Source: Raillietiella orientalis | Taxonomy: Eukaryota | DNA length: 48,510 nucleotides | Direction: 5' to 3' | Assembly (NCBI GenBank): GCA_036172245.1 | Contig: JAYWIR010000117.1 | Location: forward strand, 62,001-110,510 | Shown here: positions 25,659 to 40,170 of the stretch, piece by piece | Position numbering within the stretch: position 1 is the first letter of the stretch | How the letters are laid out: every line of letters starts with the position of its first letter | Made by a program: the position numbers and the translations under genes | Notes under the pieces: generated by a model | The model's database searches: none | What the model was told of the DNA's origin: nothing | The model's input: the letters and a program-made list of their open reading frames with translations, nothing else

Positions 25659-27944
25659 TCAGTGGGACAGCATTAATTTGGCTCTGCTTGTATTAGGCAC
25701 ATATCGTATGGTAAGTGACACTCTGGTGTATCTTTTCACAGTGTTTCCTTCAAAATTATTTGACATGTTTAAGTTAAATACTTTATCATTCAGGATATCT
25801 TCATGTCTGTCAGCAATTCCATGCATGTAATTATGGTAAAGGTCTTCTTTGACAATAAGCAAACTGCATGGCTCTAACAATAAAGACCCAGCATATGATG
25901 GTTGCATGCTACTTAACTGAAATCATATGATTAAGTTAGTTCAACACCATACCTAATACTTGGAATTTACAAATTTGAAGTTACCAGTTTGTAAAAAGCA
26001 AAAGCGGAGGAATTGTTGATTCTTACTATAATATGCAAGGGTTAGATTTTACTTGATTTCTTGATCATAAACTTACCTCCTTCAAAAATGATCTTAATTT
26101 GTGATTGATATCACAAACAGAATCTGTTAATTTCAAAATACTATAAAAAGACTACATATCTATTTATACACCCATCGTCCCTTTTATCTATTTTTCAAGT
26201 TAAAAACATAAAGGAACTAAGTTTCTGGATGCTCTGAAGATGGGACTTGTCCAAGAACAGTCACTTGATTTTAATAGCATTGCATACCTTTGAAAGAAAA
26301 GAAATTCCCTATCTATGAATTTCAATTTTCAACAGCATCATTATTGCTATGAAATCAAAATTAAATTTCAGTCATTCTTGTCCAGTTTCAGATAGTTCCA
26401 TTGTATCTTTTGCAGATGTGAAAAATGAAGGCAAGAAAAATTCAAAATATTGAAGCACACACCACTCCCACTTCAAGAAAAACTGAAAAGTTTTACCTTT
26501 TTAATTTGATTTAAGGAGGAATGTTAAACTGATAGTACAAAAGGAACTACATTCTAAAATTCTTGATTTTAAGATTATACACGCAAAATTATCGAAAAAT
26601 TTCCTCAATTTTACATAATAGAAACCTCAAATAGCACATCCACTCTTCTTTATAAATATGGAAACATTTCTCTATTATATTGCACTTATGATTGCTTGTT
26701 GGTAATTTCTACTAGCATGATAGTTTCTAACCACATGCTAAAAACAAGGATTTTTAGACTCTGAGCTTTTTCCATACTTGGCAAACACTTTGATATTTCA
26801 GTTACTCTAGTGCTTTCTTCAAATATTATTTAAAGAGACTCTAATGATTCCTTTCACAACAGTACTAATCCTGGTAAAGATCTGTGGTTTTTCACAACTC
26901 ATTAACAGGACTCAAAATGCATTCAAACAACTTTTGCAGCTGCTTATGTATAAAGTATACAAATAGTACTTTATGTGCCAACTAAAACCTCGTCAACATT
27001 GATCATTTTGCAATCATTCAAGAACACTAGGATCACAGATAAACAAATGGCATCAACATCTACACAAAAATTTCATTTCCAAATGACATTTGATAAATTT
27101 TATATCTAAATTACTTGGTTAGTTTAAGTAAACATACTGTATGGAAAACATTAGCATCTAATGATGGAACAATACATTATCGAGCTATACAGTGTCAAAA
27201 TGCTCTGGATCTAGCAAATTTTTTCTTCAAGAAAACCAAACACTTACTGCATCAGCTGAAGAATTATAAAAATCTAAAAGAACAGAAGATCCTAATGAAG
27301 CAGTAACTATTACTGGATAGAAAAGAGGACCATCCACATGAGCCTACAAAGAATTATTTTTATGAACGAATTCCACTATCATACCATTATTCCATTTCCA
27401 GGTAGGTATTCATTTATCAAGACATGATTTGGACCTTTTTCAGGAAACACTTCCATCCTCTTAATGGAAGACATCAAGAATTCTAACCACTTCAATATAA
27501 CACATTAGAATTTAACATTTTCGCTTATCTAGGAGTAATACTTTGGGCATTGGTTCTGGAATCATTCCTTTAGGATGAGGTATACCTCCCCAGTTCTGTA
27601 GTCTGCGTCTTGATAATTGGGTCCACTTAAATGCTGGTGTACGATAAATACAGTTTAACAAATGCTTTTCTTCTTCATCACTGATAAATTTTGAAATATA
27701 ATACGCTGTTGCAGGGGCCTATGACGGAAAAATTATGGGTTCGTGCTCAAAAAACACTGTTAAATGCTGCGATCATTTCGGAGAATGCACTCAATTTGAA
27801 AATATCAATGTTCGATGATTCCATACATGGCGTTATCGAACAATGATGGAGAAGTACAATTAATTTGAACTCTTTACAAATCTCACGGCAAATTCCTTCA
27901 TTGGTACTTACATTCACTACTTTATGCTTTTCTAGATCAATCAT
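25659..27944 (-). CDS. ALKBH6: Alpha-ketoglutarate-dependent dioxygenase AlkB homolog 6; exons 27944-27912, 27718-27542, 27489-27385, 27343-27248, 25916-25659; 222 aa
   Basis: Spliced protein [97 protein letters not shown]. HxD..H and RxSxTxR motifs are intact; all introns GT-AG; 669 nt in frame. Confidence 0.95.
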
Positions 27945-28399
27945 CACTGTAATTTGAAACTAAATTGCTGATGGAAATACGGATAAATCGCTGCAAAGTG
28001 ATGAAAACATTGCGGTAGAGTGTCTCTATGGGAAATGGATTATCGAGACTACTTTCTTTTGAAACCCAGATATTGGTACGAATTTCCACTAAACTTCTTA
28101 TCTATTTGAGAACTGCTCACAACGTCAATTTCACGAAAACAATAACATGTTGAATTTCTCGGCTCTGAATCTATGTTCCAAAGTTCTTGAACCTTCACTG
28201 TTATCTTTGAGACAATTTTATTTCTCCATGATGACTCTTCTCCACTCCAGAGCTCAAAAAAAAAAAAAAAAAATTCACCACCAGTGGCTGAAAGCGTTTG
28301 ATTTTGCGCGACCAACGTTCTGTAAAATGAAGCTCCGATGAAGTTCAATAAATTTCTCCGCCATTCCAGTCTCACTTATTCCATCCACAACAGACAATA

Positions 28400-31300
28400 T
28401 CATAACAAAAGATACATAATTGGGGCCCGGGAGAATATCAGGTCTATACAAGTTTGACCGCTCGTAGTGAACTTCACATTATTTGATGCAAGTTTTAGCT
28501 TGAATATTGCCTGCATAAAGTGTAATACATTTACATTTCCTGGTTTCTTGATGTCTGCAGTAAAATCCCAACTAATACGATGGCCATACCCCCGCGGTTC
28601 ATTCGAAACAATTCGAAACACCTCCAAACACCCGCGCGAAGTACAAGCGAAGTATTCCCTTTCACTTTCAGTCGAGTTTGGTGCACTGAGGACGGGAAAC
28701 GCCTCCCATCTTCCATAATTGCAACGGCACAAGCGAAGGTGAAAATAGTGATCCTTTACTGCCATTTGTGGCATACGATCAGCTGACATTGGGATGCGTG
28801 GAATGCACACCACCGTTCAACCTTCTGCATTGAAGATCGAGACTCCTCCTGATCTAATTGACAGTCTTTGAATTGAGTAATGCATTTATGAAAGAGAAAG
28901 TCAACTCGTTTATCGTTGTCGAGTTAAGTTTCAGTTACTGCTGGAATATTTGTTTAGAGAAGTATCGTGTTTTTTTTTGTTGTTGTAGCAATATCTTCCT
29001 GATGAAACTCTGGACATCTAACGTCGTAAATTTCGTGCTGTTGGATGGTGGAACTTGGTTCCAAAGCTACATCACTTCAGCAGAGAGTGCTTTGAAACGA
29101 TGGTTATCTATCTGTTTCAACTCAGAACAGAGATCTTCCATCTTAGATGGGCTACATCCTCGATCATAACAGATTGCAAAGTCCTTCTTCTTGTTTGTGA
29201 GATAGGGACAGTTTATGCTCGCAACTCTTGATAAAGCAACGCAGATGGGTTGTTCCAGACCTTTGTCATTTCAAACAGATTCTCCAAACTTTCCACCTTG
29301 ATACTTGTGGACTGTCATAGCACATGCTGTGACTGAAAGAATTCAATTCACTGGCCTTTTAACACCTTACATTCGATAGAAAGTGCTTCGGATCGTTCGG
29401 TTATTGAAGTTTCCAACTGTTTTTCAAGACACGAAGATGCGACAATCTATGAGAGCGATCATCGAGACGGTTTTCGTCTCCGATGTTGCTGTCCAACTGC
29501 CATCGCAATCTTTTCACGTCCACGTCTTCCATCTCAATATGCTACAAAGTTCTAATTGCCTGTTAACTAAACCATCTTCTATATTGTTACCATTTTATCG
29601 TTTTCCAGTTGATGAATGTAACATAGAATGAAGACCTCCAGTCCCCATAAGGCTCATTTGATGAAGCTTTATTCTCTTTCTAAACTGATCATTGAACTTG
29701 TATTCAGGAAATGATCGTCGACTGTACAGTCCATTGGAGTGTTTCTCGGGAACTCTTGTTCTACAATAGCGTTTGGATTGTTTTCCCTGACGAAGTCTTT
29801 AGTTCCAAGCTGACTTCCAATCAGTTGTCCTCATTCACATCCAGAGAGTCACCGTTTCCAATTTTGGTTAATATGGCAGAGAACACAACATTACTTTGCC
29901 TCATGATCTGAAGGAATGGCAAGAAGCTTAGAGAGGAAGAGACAACCACAAGATTGCACCCCCAACCGAGTTCTTATGTAGTTTGGATATCTGCCTCACA
30001 TCGACTAGGCGGTAATTGAAGAGGTTCACCACAGAATACTATGTCGAACCCACAGAGCTCTGGATAGAAATCAATGCTGATTTCTTGCAATCTTGAATTT
30101 ATAACATGGAAGACGTCAGAGCTAATTATGCTGCCTTCAATGCGTCCACGATGATGTCTTGAACGTTTAAGAAGCCGCTTCCATACAACTGAAGTCTTTC
30201 TTGGGGAAAACTTTTGTGTATTCTAAACATTCCAATTTTAAATGTAGATTAAATCGTCGTGCTGTTTATCGTCGCAGCATCCTGTCCTGCCGATGCTTAA
30301 GACGGATGAGCTATGAATCGAGTTGGGAACCTACGTTTTCGTAATTGTACGTTTTCACAATTATCTTCAAAGTGAATGTTTTGCCAAAGCCGGCTGGACC
30401 GGTAAAGAATAGTTGAAGCGATTCTATTATCTGATAACTTCCAAGCTGAGTTCTCTCTATTCTCTATTAGCAGTCGAACAGGCTTACAATATTCTTCGTT
30501 TCTTAGAACGGCATGTTCTCACTTACGAACAGCCTAAAGAGAGTCTATGGATATTCTAGTCTGCGGATATAGTTACTATTCTGCAAGATGTCCGAGGTTT
30601 GTTGAAATGGTCTGTTCTGAAAGGTCGCTTCGTTCCTTGCTCGCGCATCTTGTTCTTCCATCTCGAGTCGAAAATGTCGACCATCCAATTTTCAAACAGC
30701 CAGTGAGGTAAAAAAATTTACAGCCATTTCTCTTTTGTAATCAGATGATTCAGACATTTTATAATCACGGTGTTGAATGATCTTCATCTGTATTCGAATC
30801 TGGTATTGCTTCTTGATATTTCGCTACGAAATCTGCTATATAAATATCTTAGGCTAGAGTTCTTTTGGACGAATCTCGTATTTCTGAATTTCGTTTCCTT
30901 GCATGTGTCCCTTGAATCGTCTTCGCTATTTTCTTCAGCCACTTTCCTTCACATTTCTTGTCCTTTTGTCTTTTATGTGGTGGAGGAAGCCACTTCATCG
31001 CTCTGGTCAGACGGAGATTGTCGAAGCCGATGCCTCTTAGACACTCATCTTCCCACGTTGTTTAACAGTTTCGTGCTTACTCGTTTCATAAGATCAGTGT
31101 AGTCTTGATCTGGAAACTCTTTTTGAAATTTGATGAACTTCCCATGGAGATGACTAGTGCTGCTGGTTTTGTTAACGTATGACACTACGCTTAGGCACAT
31201 GAGTGTTCTTCCGAAATGAACTGAATCTGTATTAGAATTAAGACACTGAGGCAATCCATAGATTACGTAAATCAGTCCAGAGTTGTTCCACGGTTCTTTC

Positions 31301-33300
31301 CATCAGGACTATAGGTCTAGTGAATCCTGAATAAACGATGTCGAAGTACATCTCCATGGAGTTACCAGGGAAATTGGTCCAGTAACTTCGCAATGTTTTT
31401 CTTAAGCTGTTCAAATGTATGCTTGAAATTCGTCCTGCGGTTGTCTTGTGAATTCATCGTTATGAAAGTATAGAGCTCGAAGTTTCGTTCACAGGCCAAA
31501 CTGGGATATTAAACCTGCATTTATCATCATTCTTCCTATGACACGTGAATCTGTGCTCATGTACTTGGTTGGAATATGAAGTTGGAAATGCACAGAATCA
31601 AAACTATAAAGATCGTTTGCTAAAATCACGATGTTTGACATCTTATCAGAACCAATTTATTTCGGATCTTTTTTCAACCATATGAGTATAGGAGGATGCA
31701 GACTACCTGGATGTCGGAACTCTATTCATTCCACGTAACGGACCACTCGACGTTGGCCAAGTTAACTGCTTATTTTGGGTTCTGAGATTTGCACTAAAAC
31801 GTCCTCGAGACTTAAAATAAGCAATACAAGTAACCGAATCTTCGTTCATCAACTTTTTTCGCTGAAAAGCCATCGGATTTTCTATATTTGTGCTCGAACG
31901 ATATAAAGTTTTCAGGAGATGAGGCCATCTGACTTCGATGGCACTCAATGTTCAAAGCATAGCTGTCTGTCCAAGCTGTCTCATGATCGCAGACATCTTT
32001 TCTTTGCTGCCAATAGCGAACGGAGTTCTCAATGGATTTGCGGAACGACCGACTTCTGTCCATACACTGCTGGACATTCAGTCATTCGCCTTGTCAGTTG
32101 CAAGTCTTTCTAACGCATTCGAATGTCGAACAAAAATTCAGCTATGCTTTTTCGCATGATTTTTATCGATATGTACAATATACGATGCAGTATGATCTCG
32201 TCTTCTAATATCATGCGTCACCATCACATATTCAGCGAAGCGTAAACCTTCCTTCAACTATAGAGGATGTCCCATCTATTCATGATGGAATCGAAACTCC
32301 TCAGCCTGTTCGCCGTAAACAATCGACATAGGTCGGTATGATTGCCCTGGAGCAATTGCAAGATATTTATCCTCTTTGCATAGCAAAGTATGCTGTTGAG
32401 TCACATCGAGGTCGTCTGACGGTTCAAGAGTTTCATCTTCGTGTCTTGATTGAGTTGCATTAGAGTTTACAATAGCTAAGAGTTGGCGATCAACTGTGAC
32501 CCTACTTACTTACTTAGGTGTACAACTAGCTGTGTATCGATCAAATTCCTCAACCAAGCTTGTTGTTCGGTTTCCTCTTAATATTTCCTGCAAGCAACTC
32601 TAATTATGGATTATGTTTCTTAATATACAAATAGCATAATCATCGTCCAGCATTCGTGGCAAATCAGTAACCATATTATTAAGACCCATTGGAACATTAA
32701 TCACTGGTCCCATGAACTGCCTATTTCGTATCTGAAACTTCTGATTCGAATGAAGGGTAATTTTGAAGTAACCAAACGCTCACTTATACAATCTAGAAAA
32801 GGTTAAGAAAAAGTTGGAAATAAAGGTATTAACCCCATTCGTTGTAGACAACGATGGTACGTTTCCTGCATCTCAACTTCCAAAACAATTATTGCAGAGT
32901 GAAAACCGTAGATACATTCTTTAAGTCTTCTGGAAATTCTACAAGCCAAATAGCTATCCTACGGGGCTTTGGTATTTCGAGATCATGTTTAAATACAGCC
33001 TATCAAACTCTGCACACGTATCCAAAGGTTCCTATATTCCGGAACTTCGTTTCAGAGCTAATGCATAATTATTTCCGATCTTGTTGGTTACTTTTTGCTC
33101 CATGCTGTAACACACGTTTAGTTGCCGTAGCTCGTCGCAGCATATCGACTTCACCGGCCGGAAAGTAAGAAAGAACATCCGGTCGGTCACAATACTATCC
33201 CGAAGACTAATAGTTTGGACCAGATTGGACCACATACAGTTTAAATTGTTCATACTTTTGTCAATTAGATTAGGAGATATGAGCTTCCAAGGGTTCACAT
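28400..33300 (-). mobile_element. Decayed Helentron (Helitron2-type rolling-circle transposon): N-terminal region, HUH Rep, PIF1-family helicase, AP-endonuclease-like C-terminus
   Basis: In order on the minus strand: PSLSTTNG; ERLV..LPFIRI..VINVP..LPR..DDD; NSVRYWQQRK; SAIEVRWPHLL..NEDSVTC..YF; EFRHPGSLHPPILIWL (31722-31678, degenerate HUH motif); HEHRFTC..CRFNIP; YVNK; Walker A FFTGPAGFGKT (30400-30377); IIVD; FCGEPLQLPP; MRQ; ACAMTVHKYQG; VALSR; then TTSGQTCIDLIF (endonuclease). Many stops and frameshifts. Confidence 0.9.
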
Positions 33301-36300
33301 TTTTCGTAACTCCGATTTCCGCCGGATATCCTGAACATGGACGTTAAAAAACGTATTTCAAAAAACATGGAGGATCACAAGTACTTTTAATGTATCCCTA
33401 CCCAAAAGCCTATGTTTTGTTCTCAGTATGATTTTCGTGGAATTGTAACAATCCATTTAGACAAGTGCAACAGAAAAGGGGAATTGAAGAGATTCAAAAT
33501 CCAGATTTGCTTTAAAATACTCCTCGCACCCTATACGTTGAAGTAAGTTTTGTTCACATTCTAAACTCAGTTGGATTCTGAGGAAAAAGTCTTTGGCTAC
33601 GCAGATCATGAAGTAGATCTCTGAAAACTTCAATTCGATAAGCTTTTGGTCATCAAAACGAAAACGTCAACTTCTTTGAAGAACAAAATTGATTCAGTGT
33701 CCTTTATCACGAGATGTATTTAGTATCAACGTTCTGTAGACATCAGACTCCTCATGCGGTGACTCAGAAGTAACTTCTCTCGCAAGCTCATAAAGTTGCA
33801 AGTTTACAATATACTCAATAAGGTTACCCTTAAGGAATATCTTGGCCTTGAGTTTCTTCGATTAGAAACCGTGAGTCCTAATAAAAACTTAAGATCAATT
33901 TCATAAGTATTTCCTGATGTTAAGTTACAGATGCGATTAGCACACTAGAAAATTAATAATTAATTAATAAAATATGGCAATATTTCAAAGCTAATAATAC
34001 TTAGTAAATTATCTATATACTAATAGCTCGTTATAGAATCATTCGCCTAATTAAAAACACAATCTGTATGTACTAGCATGATTATATTGTTTACTCATAT
34101 AATTTAGGATAATGTAGAATCCTGCAAGAATCTAAACGCTTTACAGTGGATGACACAGTTGATGGGAACTTAAAACAGTTGCCATTAGAAATTTAAAGTG
34201 GCTCGTTTCGATTACAATTAGCTCATTAGTTCTTGGAAATGTTTACTCAAGGAGTGAGAGTTTCAGTTCACTCTAATTTTCAGGAAAACAAGAGGATCGC
34301 TTCGACTTCGCTGCCTCTGGCGAGGGTATCAGGGTGAAGCAGCAAATGTAGAATAACTTATGCAGTGATGACATTCAAGTCAGATTGATGAAGAAAAATC
34401 TAAATCCTCTTCTATGCAATGATTGCACGATGATCATATTATTGGAACAGAATGCAGAAAGAATGAAACGATAAAGATCTTCCATACCTCCTCAAGGTCC
34501 TAGAGGAATCCATTTGCAACAGAAACCGACTGAGACGATGCCTCCAAGAATGCTGCTTCATGAGAGATCCAGTATAGCTGTAAAAGATCTCTGTAAAGAT
34601 GTAATTTATCTTAATAGTCAGCAAAATTACGTCATTGGCTTTATTCTCTCTGTTTTCCGTATTTTGTGAATCTATTGCAAAGTAGATTTCGATAAGATGA
34701 AACGAAATATAGATCCCAATACGAGAGTCATATTGCAACTTATTTGCACTTTTTTTGTTTACATAGTGATTTTCTGTTTGTTATCTGCAAATCTCAGAGC
34801 GGCAGAAACATATTTCTAAAATATCTTTAGTGGATAAGAAAAAATCTAATTACGAATGAAAATTCTCGGAAAACGTTTTCTATTTGTATTGAAATGTATT
34901 AACAAAGCGACATTATCCACTAAAAAGAATTTGATATGGATTTGAGTCGTGACTTTTTAAGGGGATAACTTTTTTGAAAATGGAAAAGGAAATAACAATC
35001 TCTATATTTTCAGTTGGCTTGCGGCAATATCCAGAGTTGCCGTGAGGATGTCACTGAGGCCCGAACACAGTAATGTTGCCATCAATATGCTTTTAATCTC
35101 AGATTCTCTCAAAATGCAGTTCATGTTCCAGTTTCTTGTGTACTAAGACATTTTGACCTTCTCAGTAGTAAAAACTTTATTCCATGTGTTCTCTGACAGC
35201 GAGGGGAGCTGAAATCGGAGTGAGCATAAAGTGAATATTCAAGATCTGTTGAGTGAGCTTGTATGAATTGTTGAATAGTGAGATTGTATCTATATAAAGA
35301 CTGAAGGAAAAAAATAATTTTTTTTTAAAAAATCTGAAAGTTAAAGAAATAGCAACAGATCGGGAAAGTATTTATAAGGGAAACTATAGAATAATATAGA
35401 TTACTTTGTGGAAACTAATAAAGAATATAAAGATAGAAGGATAGGCTAAACTCTAGATTAAATTAGCAAAGTTACAGTTTCTTAAAGAAATTTTTGAAAG
35501 AATTATATTTTAACATTCACATATTCCTTTCCTTATTGTGAGCCATAGAAGATACAGTTATATTAGGATTAAATTTTGGCTTGGTCTCTAAATCTAAAGA
35601 ACCATTTAACAAATTATAATCCCAGGACGAGATAGCATTCTTCAAACACTCAAAATATTCATCATTCCTACCAATTAAAAGATAGCATATTAGCGAATTT
35701 AATAAAATTAGTTTCATATTTCACTTCAAGATGTTAACCTTATTCTCCTTAACACTTTAGAGTTCTCTTTCAGAGGTTTGTATTCAAATTTTCCACTTAA
35801 ATAAATAATGATCATAGACGTGCAACAACGACAAATCGTTTGTGGGCTTGTAATAAATCCACACCTCTGCGTTCAGAATGCAATGAGGTACATATAATTT
35901 CTTGTCTAGAATTGAAATACCCCTTCTCCCAACCTACCCCATCTGTTCAGCTTTCAGCAATCGCGGACTGTGCGAATTCAGAAATCACTTTCGAGTGAAT
36001 ATGATATTATCTCATTAAAAACAATCATATTTACTTTTTGTCTACCTTTTAGTAAGAATCCTATCTGAATTTTTGTAAAACAAAACTTGCCTTCATTCTG
36101 GATACACTCTTATCTGAAGTCATTATTACTCATGAGTTTAGATAAGAATCACTTGAAATTGCATCCAAATAGATGCTTTCAGTTTCAATTCCCAACATTG
36201 TTGGGAGCAAAAAAATCTCAAAGAGATATATTTCCATCATTTTGTTAGGACTACAAACAAAATTCTAAACATCGCTGATACATTTTGAGTAAAAACAACC

Positions 36301-36743
36301 AATACTCTTTAGAATACCCTGTTTCAAGGAAATTCCATTTCAAAGACTCAAGTGGCGCAATCTCAATGACGTGCAGAGAATTTGACCTTCTATAATAATT
36401 CTCGAGTGTAGATAGCTGTGCAGCATACATAATTAGTTAAATTCTTTATTTCCAGAATGTGACATTACTTTGCATTTCGGAACTTAATGTTTAATGAATT
36501 TAGCAAATTTAGCTCCATAGAATTCTGGAGTCCTTAACAGCGTTTGGTTTCTACCTTTCAATTCTTTATTACTGTTTTTGTTCCTTTATTATAATTTTGA
36601 TGCCCACTGAGATTATTTTTGCAATTATTTGTGTTTTTCAGTGATGTGTCTACAAGAATATTTCTGAGAAGACTAAACAAAGTAAGCAGAGTAAAATATA
36701 GAAAATTCCCATATTTTACTCCGTTGTATGTTTGAAAATAATA

Positions 36744-36925
36744 GTTTAGGTATGAATGCAAAACAGTAAAATGCTATTATTGTCAACAATTTGAAACTTA
36801 CAATAAGAAGACTAATTTATTATTCTTTAGACTTTCCTAGTATTTGTTCCATTATAATTTCTTATTGTAAGTTTCAAATTGTTGACGATAATAAGCATTT
36901 TACTGTTTTGCCTTCATACTTAAAC
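36744..36925. repeat. Long inverted repeat: ~66 bp arms (36744-36809 / 36859-36925) with a ~49 bp spacer
   Basis: Left arm gtttaggtatgaatgcaaaacagtaaaatgc-tattattgtcaacaatttgaaacttacaataagaa versus reverse complement of right arm gtttaagtatgaaggcaaaacagtaaaatgcttattatcgtcaacaatttgaaacttacaataagaa: 3 mismatches and 1 indel. Confidence 0.93.
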
Positions 36926-38951
36926 GATTTTGAATAAATCCATCCGATTAGATGTATGAAGACAGCTTTGAACTTTTCAGACCTTTCAGACTTGTTGGAA
37001 CTAATTGTAAGGATACAGTGCAAGGGAGTTTATCACGAAAGATTCATCAGTAGTATTGCATATGCCTTATGCCGTTATGTGTGTACAATATTGTTTACTT
37101 TATTAAGAAATAATCAAATGTAATCTTTCAGAGCAATAAGGTTTTCAAAAATTACTTCGTTGCTCTGAAAATAAGAATTTGTAATTTGATTGCAAATTTA
37201 AACACGAAGTTTGCATAATGAGCTCAGTGAAACACTTGAGAAGATAATGGAAATCCTTTGAAACGGTTCAGAGATTGTGAATTCATCTTTGAATCATATA
37301 AATATGAGAATCTTTGTCTGACAAAAAAAATGAATACGAAAATTTCATGGCATCATTCAAAATCAATGGATTTCTAGTCTTCATTTAGCGGAGATCAATG
37401 ACAAGAATTTAAATTATAATAATGTACGATTTTTTCTTCAATGTTCAATCCTTGCTTTCTCAGTACATTCTCGTCACCTTCTATTAAAGAAGTGGATAGT
37501 CAGTGAAGGATTCAGGTATATTTTACTTGTCGGTTATACAAGATCAAAACCATTTAAACGTATCAAAATAATGAGGTGATATATAAGCAAGGCTAAATGA
37601 CTATGTGATTTCATAATTAGTGTACCGTGGTGCAACTAAAGTATAATATTTATGGAAATTATTTACGCATTATTTAAAGGGCATAATTTTCTAACATTAT
37701 TCATATCATCTGAGGATCTTGATTTCAACTTTCCTTTCCTTTCCGTTGATATCCTCTCATCTCATTTCCACTAAACTGATAACTAATTATGATAAAATAC
37801 TTCCTTTGAAACTATAAGAAAAAGTTCAAGTCTCAAGAAAATATCCGATTAAATCTCTAAGTTTAGAAATTCATTTAAATCACTTCTCTTGAGAATGTAT
37901 TGTTTGGTTTTCAGTAGAGAATTATTTTATCATGGTTTCATCAATATTTCCAACTTTTTTATTGAATCTGAATATTTATGGTATCCAAAGTTTTCGATAA
38001 TTGTTATTCACAACATCAGTTACTGCTTGCTTATTACATTATTGTCACTGAATTTTTTTCGACGTATTTTTGAATTAAATTTGATTTGCTCATTTTCCTT
38101 CATTAAATAACTGCTTTGAGATGAGAGATCGTGCTTTGAGATTGCTACCGTGATATGATATCGTGTGATTAAGGTTTGCTGTATCATATTTTTGCAGTGT
38201 GCATTTGTGAAAAAGGATTATTCCAATATCGGAATTTGACTTTACCTGCGTGTGTTCTGTTTTCACAAATTGGCTAGGCGTATCTTTTGGAATTAACATA
38301 CATTTAAGAGTCTAGCAGTGTATTTGAGCTAATGGTTCGTTATTCGTGTGTCATTGCATTAAGTTCAAGTTAAGGTGCATTACGTTACGTAACTTTCTGG
38401 ACTTTTTGAAAAATACCATAAAAATGCTTTATAACAAAATGCATGATTTAAGAATGCCTCATCACTGAATGTAGCATTAAAAGTTTTTATTATCATACCT
38501 TGGTAAGGAAAGTATGTTTTGTTCTTAATTAGAAATTTTAGCCTTCAACTGTGGTATACAATAATCAGGTGATGATAAACCAATGAAATCCAGAGGACGT
38601 CATTTAAAGTTTCGGGCAAAAGTAGTAAATGTATGTTCAGTAAGAATTTTTGCCTTTAATACACAGTTGTTTTGCAGCACTGTTGGGTATGAGTTTTCAG
38701 TGTTAAAAATGTACTGTTGAATATTTTTAATTTGCATGTTAGCACTAACATTGTGCTTGATATTTTTGTCATGCTTAATGCTGGACTTTTTGTGATCTTT
38801 ATTTTCCGGCTGATAGAAAGTTTTCTTTTTTAAGGAGGCCATGTTGATAACAACTGTTTATCTGGTAGGGTACGTAAACTGCTGTGGCTTCATGATGTAA
38901 TTGTCCCTGTGAATTCATATTTAAATTAATAACATAAAAGAATTTACTAAA

Positions 38952-40170
38952 ATGACAGCATATTTGCTTACTGAGCTACCTGATGTTGTTTTAGAAAAAA
39001 TTTTGCTATACCTTTCATATGAGGAAATCTCAAAATTAAGACTGGTGAGCTAATTGAAGCTGGATGTTCAAACCACTGTCCTTTTTAATGTTTTGTAGGT
39101 GTGCAGAAGATTTAATAATATTTGCCAAAAGATCTTAAATAAGGGTTTTACAGCTGTGGAGTTATACCACAGTCAATGTCTAAAAGAAATAAGAAAACAG
39201 CTTCCAAGAAGAGAATCAGAGAGAAAGTTACATCCTATGTCCAGACACTCGGAAATTCTTACTTGTGTAGAAACAAGAATATCACTTCTGGGAATGACTT
39301 ATAGACGATTCATTGATCTTGATATGTGTTGCTTCATTCCTGGAAAGGTTAGAGCACTTTTTATTATAATGTTTGGATTTCTATTTGTGGGCAGGTAATA
39401 GATGAAGTATACCGTGTTTTGAGGACTGTAAAACATTCAAAATTAGGTTTGCCTCGTGCATATGATTTATTGCAAGAACTTAGAGATATATCTTCAATGG
39501 CAATGGAACATTTTGATGAAAAGATAGCTCCCAGAATTAAAGCAAAATGTAAATGTCCAGAACAGCATTATCTTCTTTCAAATGATTCTTCATTGAAAAT
39601 GCTAGGTTTGTTAGTGCATTGTTGAAAAAAAATCAGTTTGAGGATTTCTAGATACTTGCCCAAGTAGGTGTGGTAGTCAAGGCATGTATGGATTGTTGGA
39701 TCTGAAGCAGGAGTTACTAGATTTTGTGTGCATGGCTCGCATTTGTGTGAAGAGGGTGAAGTACATTAATCTAAGCCTGAATAAACAAATTATATTATTG
39801 AAGAGAAAGGTAAACTGAGCCCCATAATTCATTATTTGAGGAATTTTAGATGATACGACAGGATCGTTTGTTTCTAAAACAAGAAAACAAAATTAAGGAA
39901 CAAGAAAGAAGAACACAAGAAACAGAAAAAAAACTTTTAGAACAACAGCAAATATTAATTGATTTACAAAAAGAACTTAACCAATACAAAGATGCATCCT
40001 ATAATCTATCAGATAACCGGCAGGGCAATGTCAGGTCTAAATTCCTTCTTGATACAAAATATAATGTTAATTGTACAAATGGAAATTTTGTAAGAAAGAG
40101 GAAAAAGAAAATCATAGAGATGGGATCTCCAAACTCTTCAAGCAAGATGAGAAAGTTGTTGGATGATTAA
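38952..40170 (+). CDS. FBXO28: F-box only protein 28 homolog; exons 38952-39044, 39099-39347, 39395-39605, 39652-39809, 39850-40170; 343 aa
   Basis: N-terminal F-box (LTELPDVVLEKILLYLSYEEISKLRLVCRRFNNIC); FBXO28 signatures LPRRESER, VETRISLL.MTY, CCFIPGKVIDEV, LLQELRDISSMAMEHFDEKIAP; C-terminal coiled coil and basic NLS-like KRKKK; GT-AG introns; 1032 nt in frame. Confidence 0.93.

Noticed and set aside
31089..31103. taagatcagtgtagt resembles U2 snRNA (CTAAGATCAAGTGTAGT), the Utopia target
   Set aside because: Only 15 nt, lies inside Helentron Rep coding sequence (DYTDL on the minus strand), and has no further U2 similarity.
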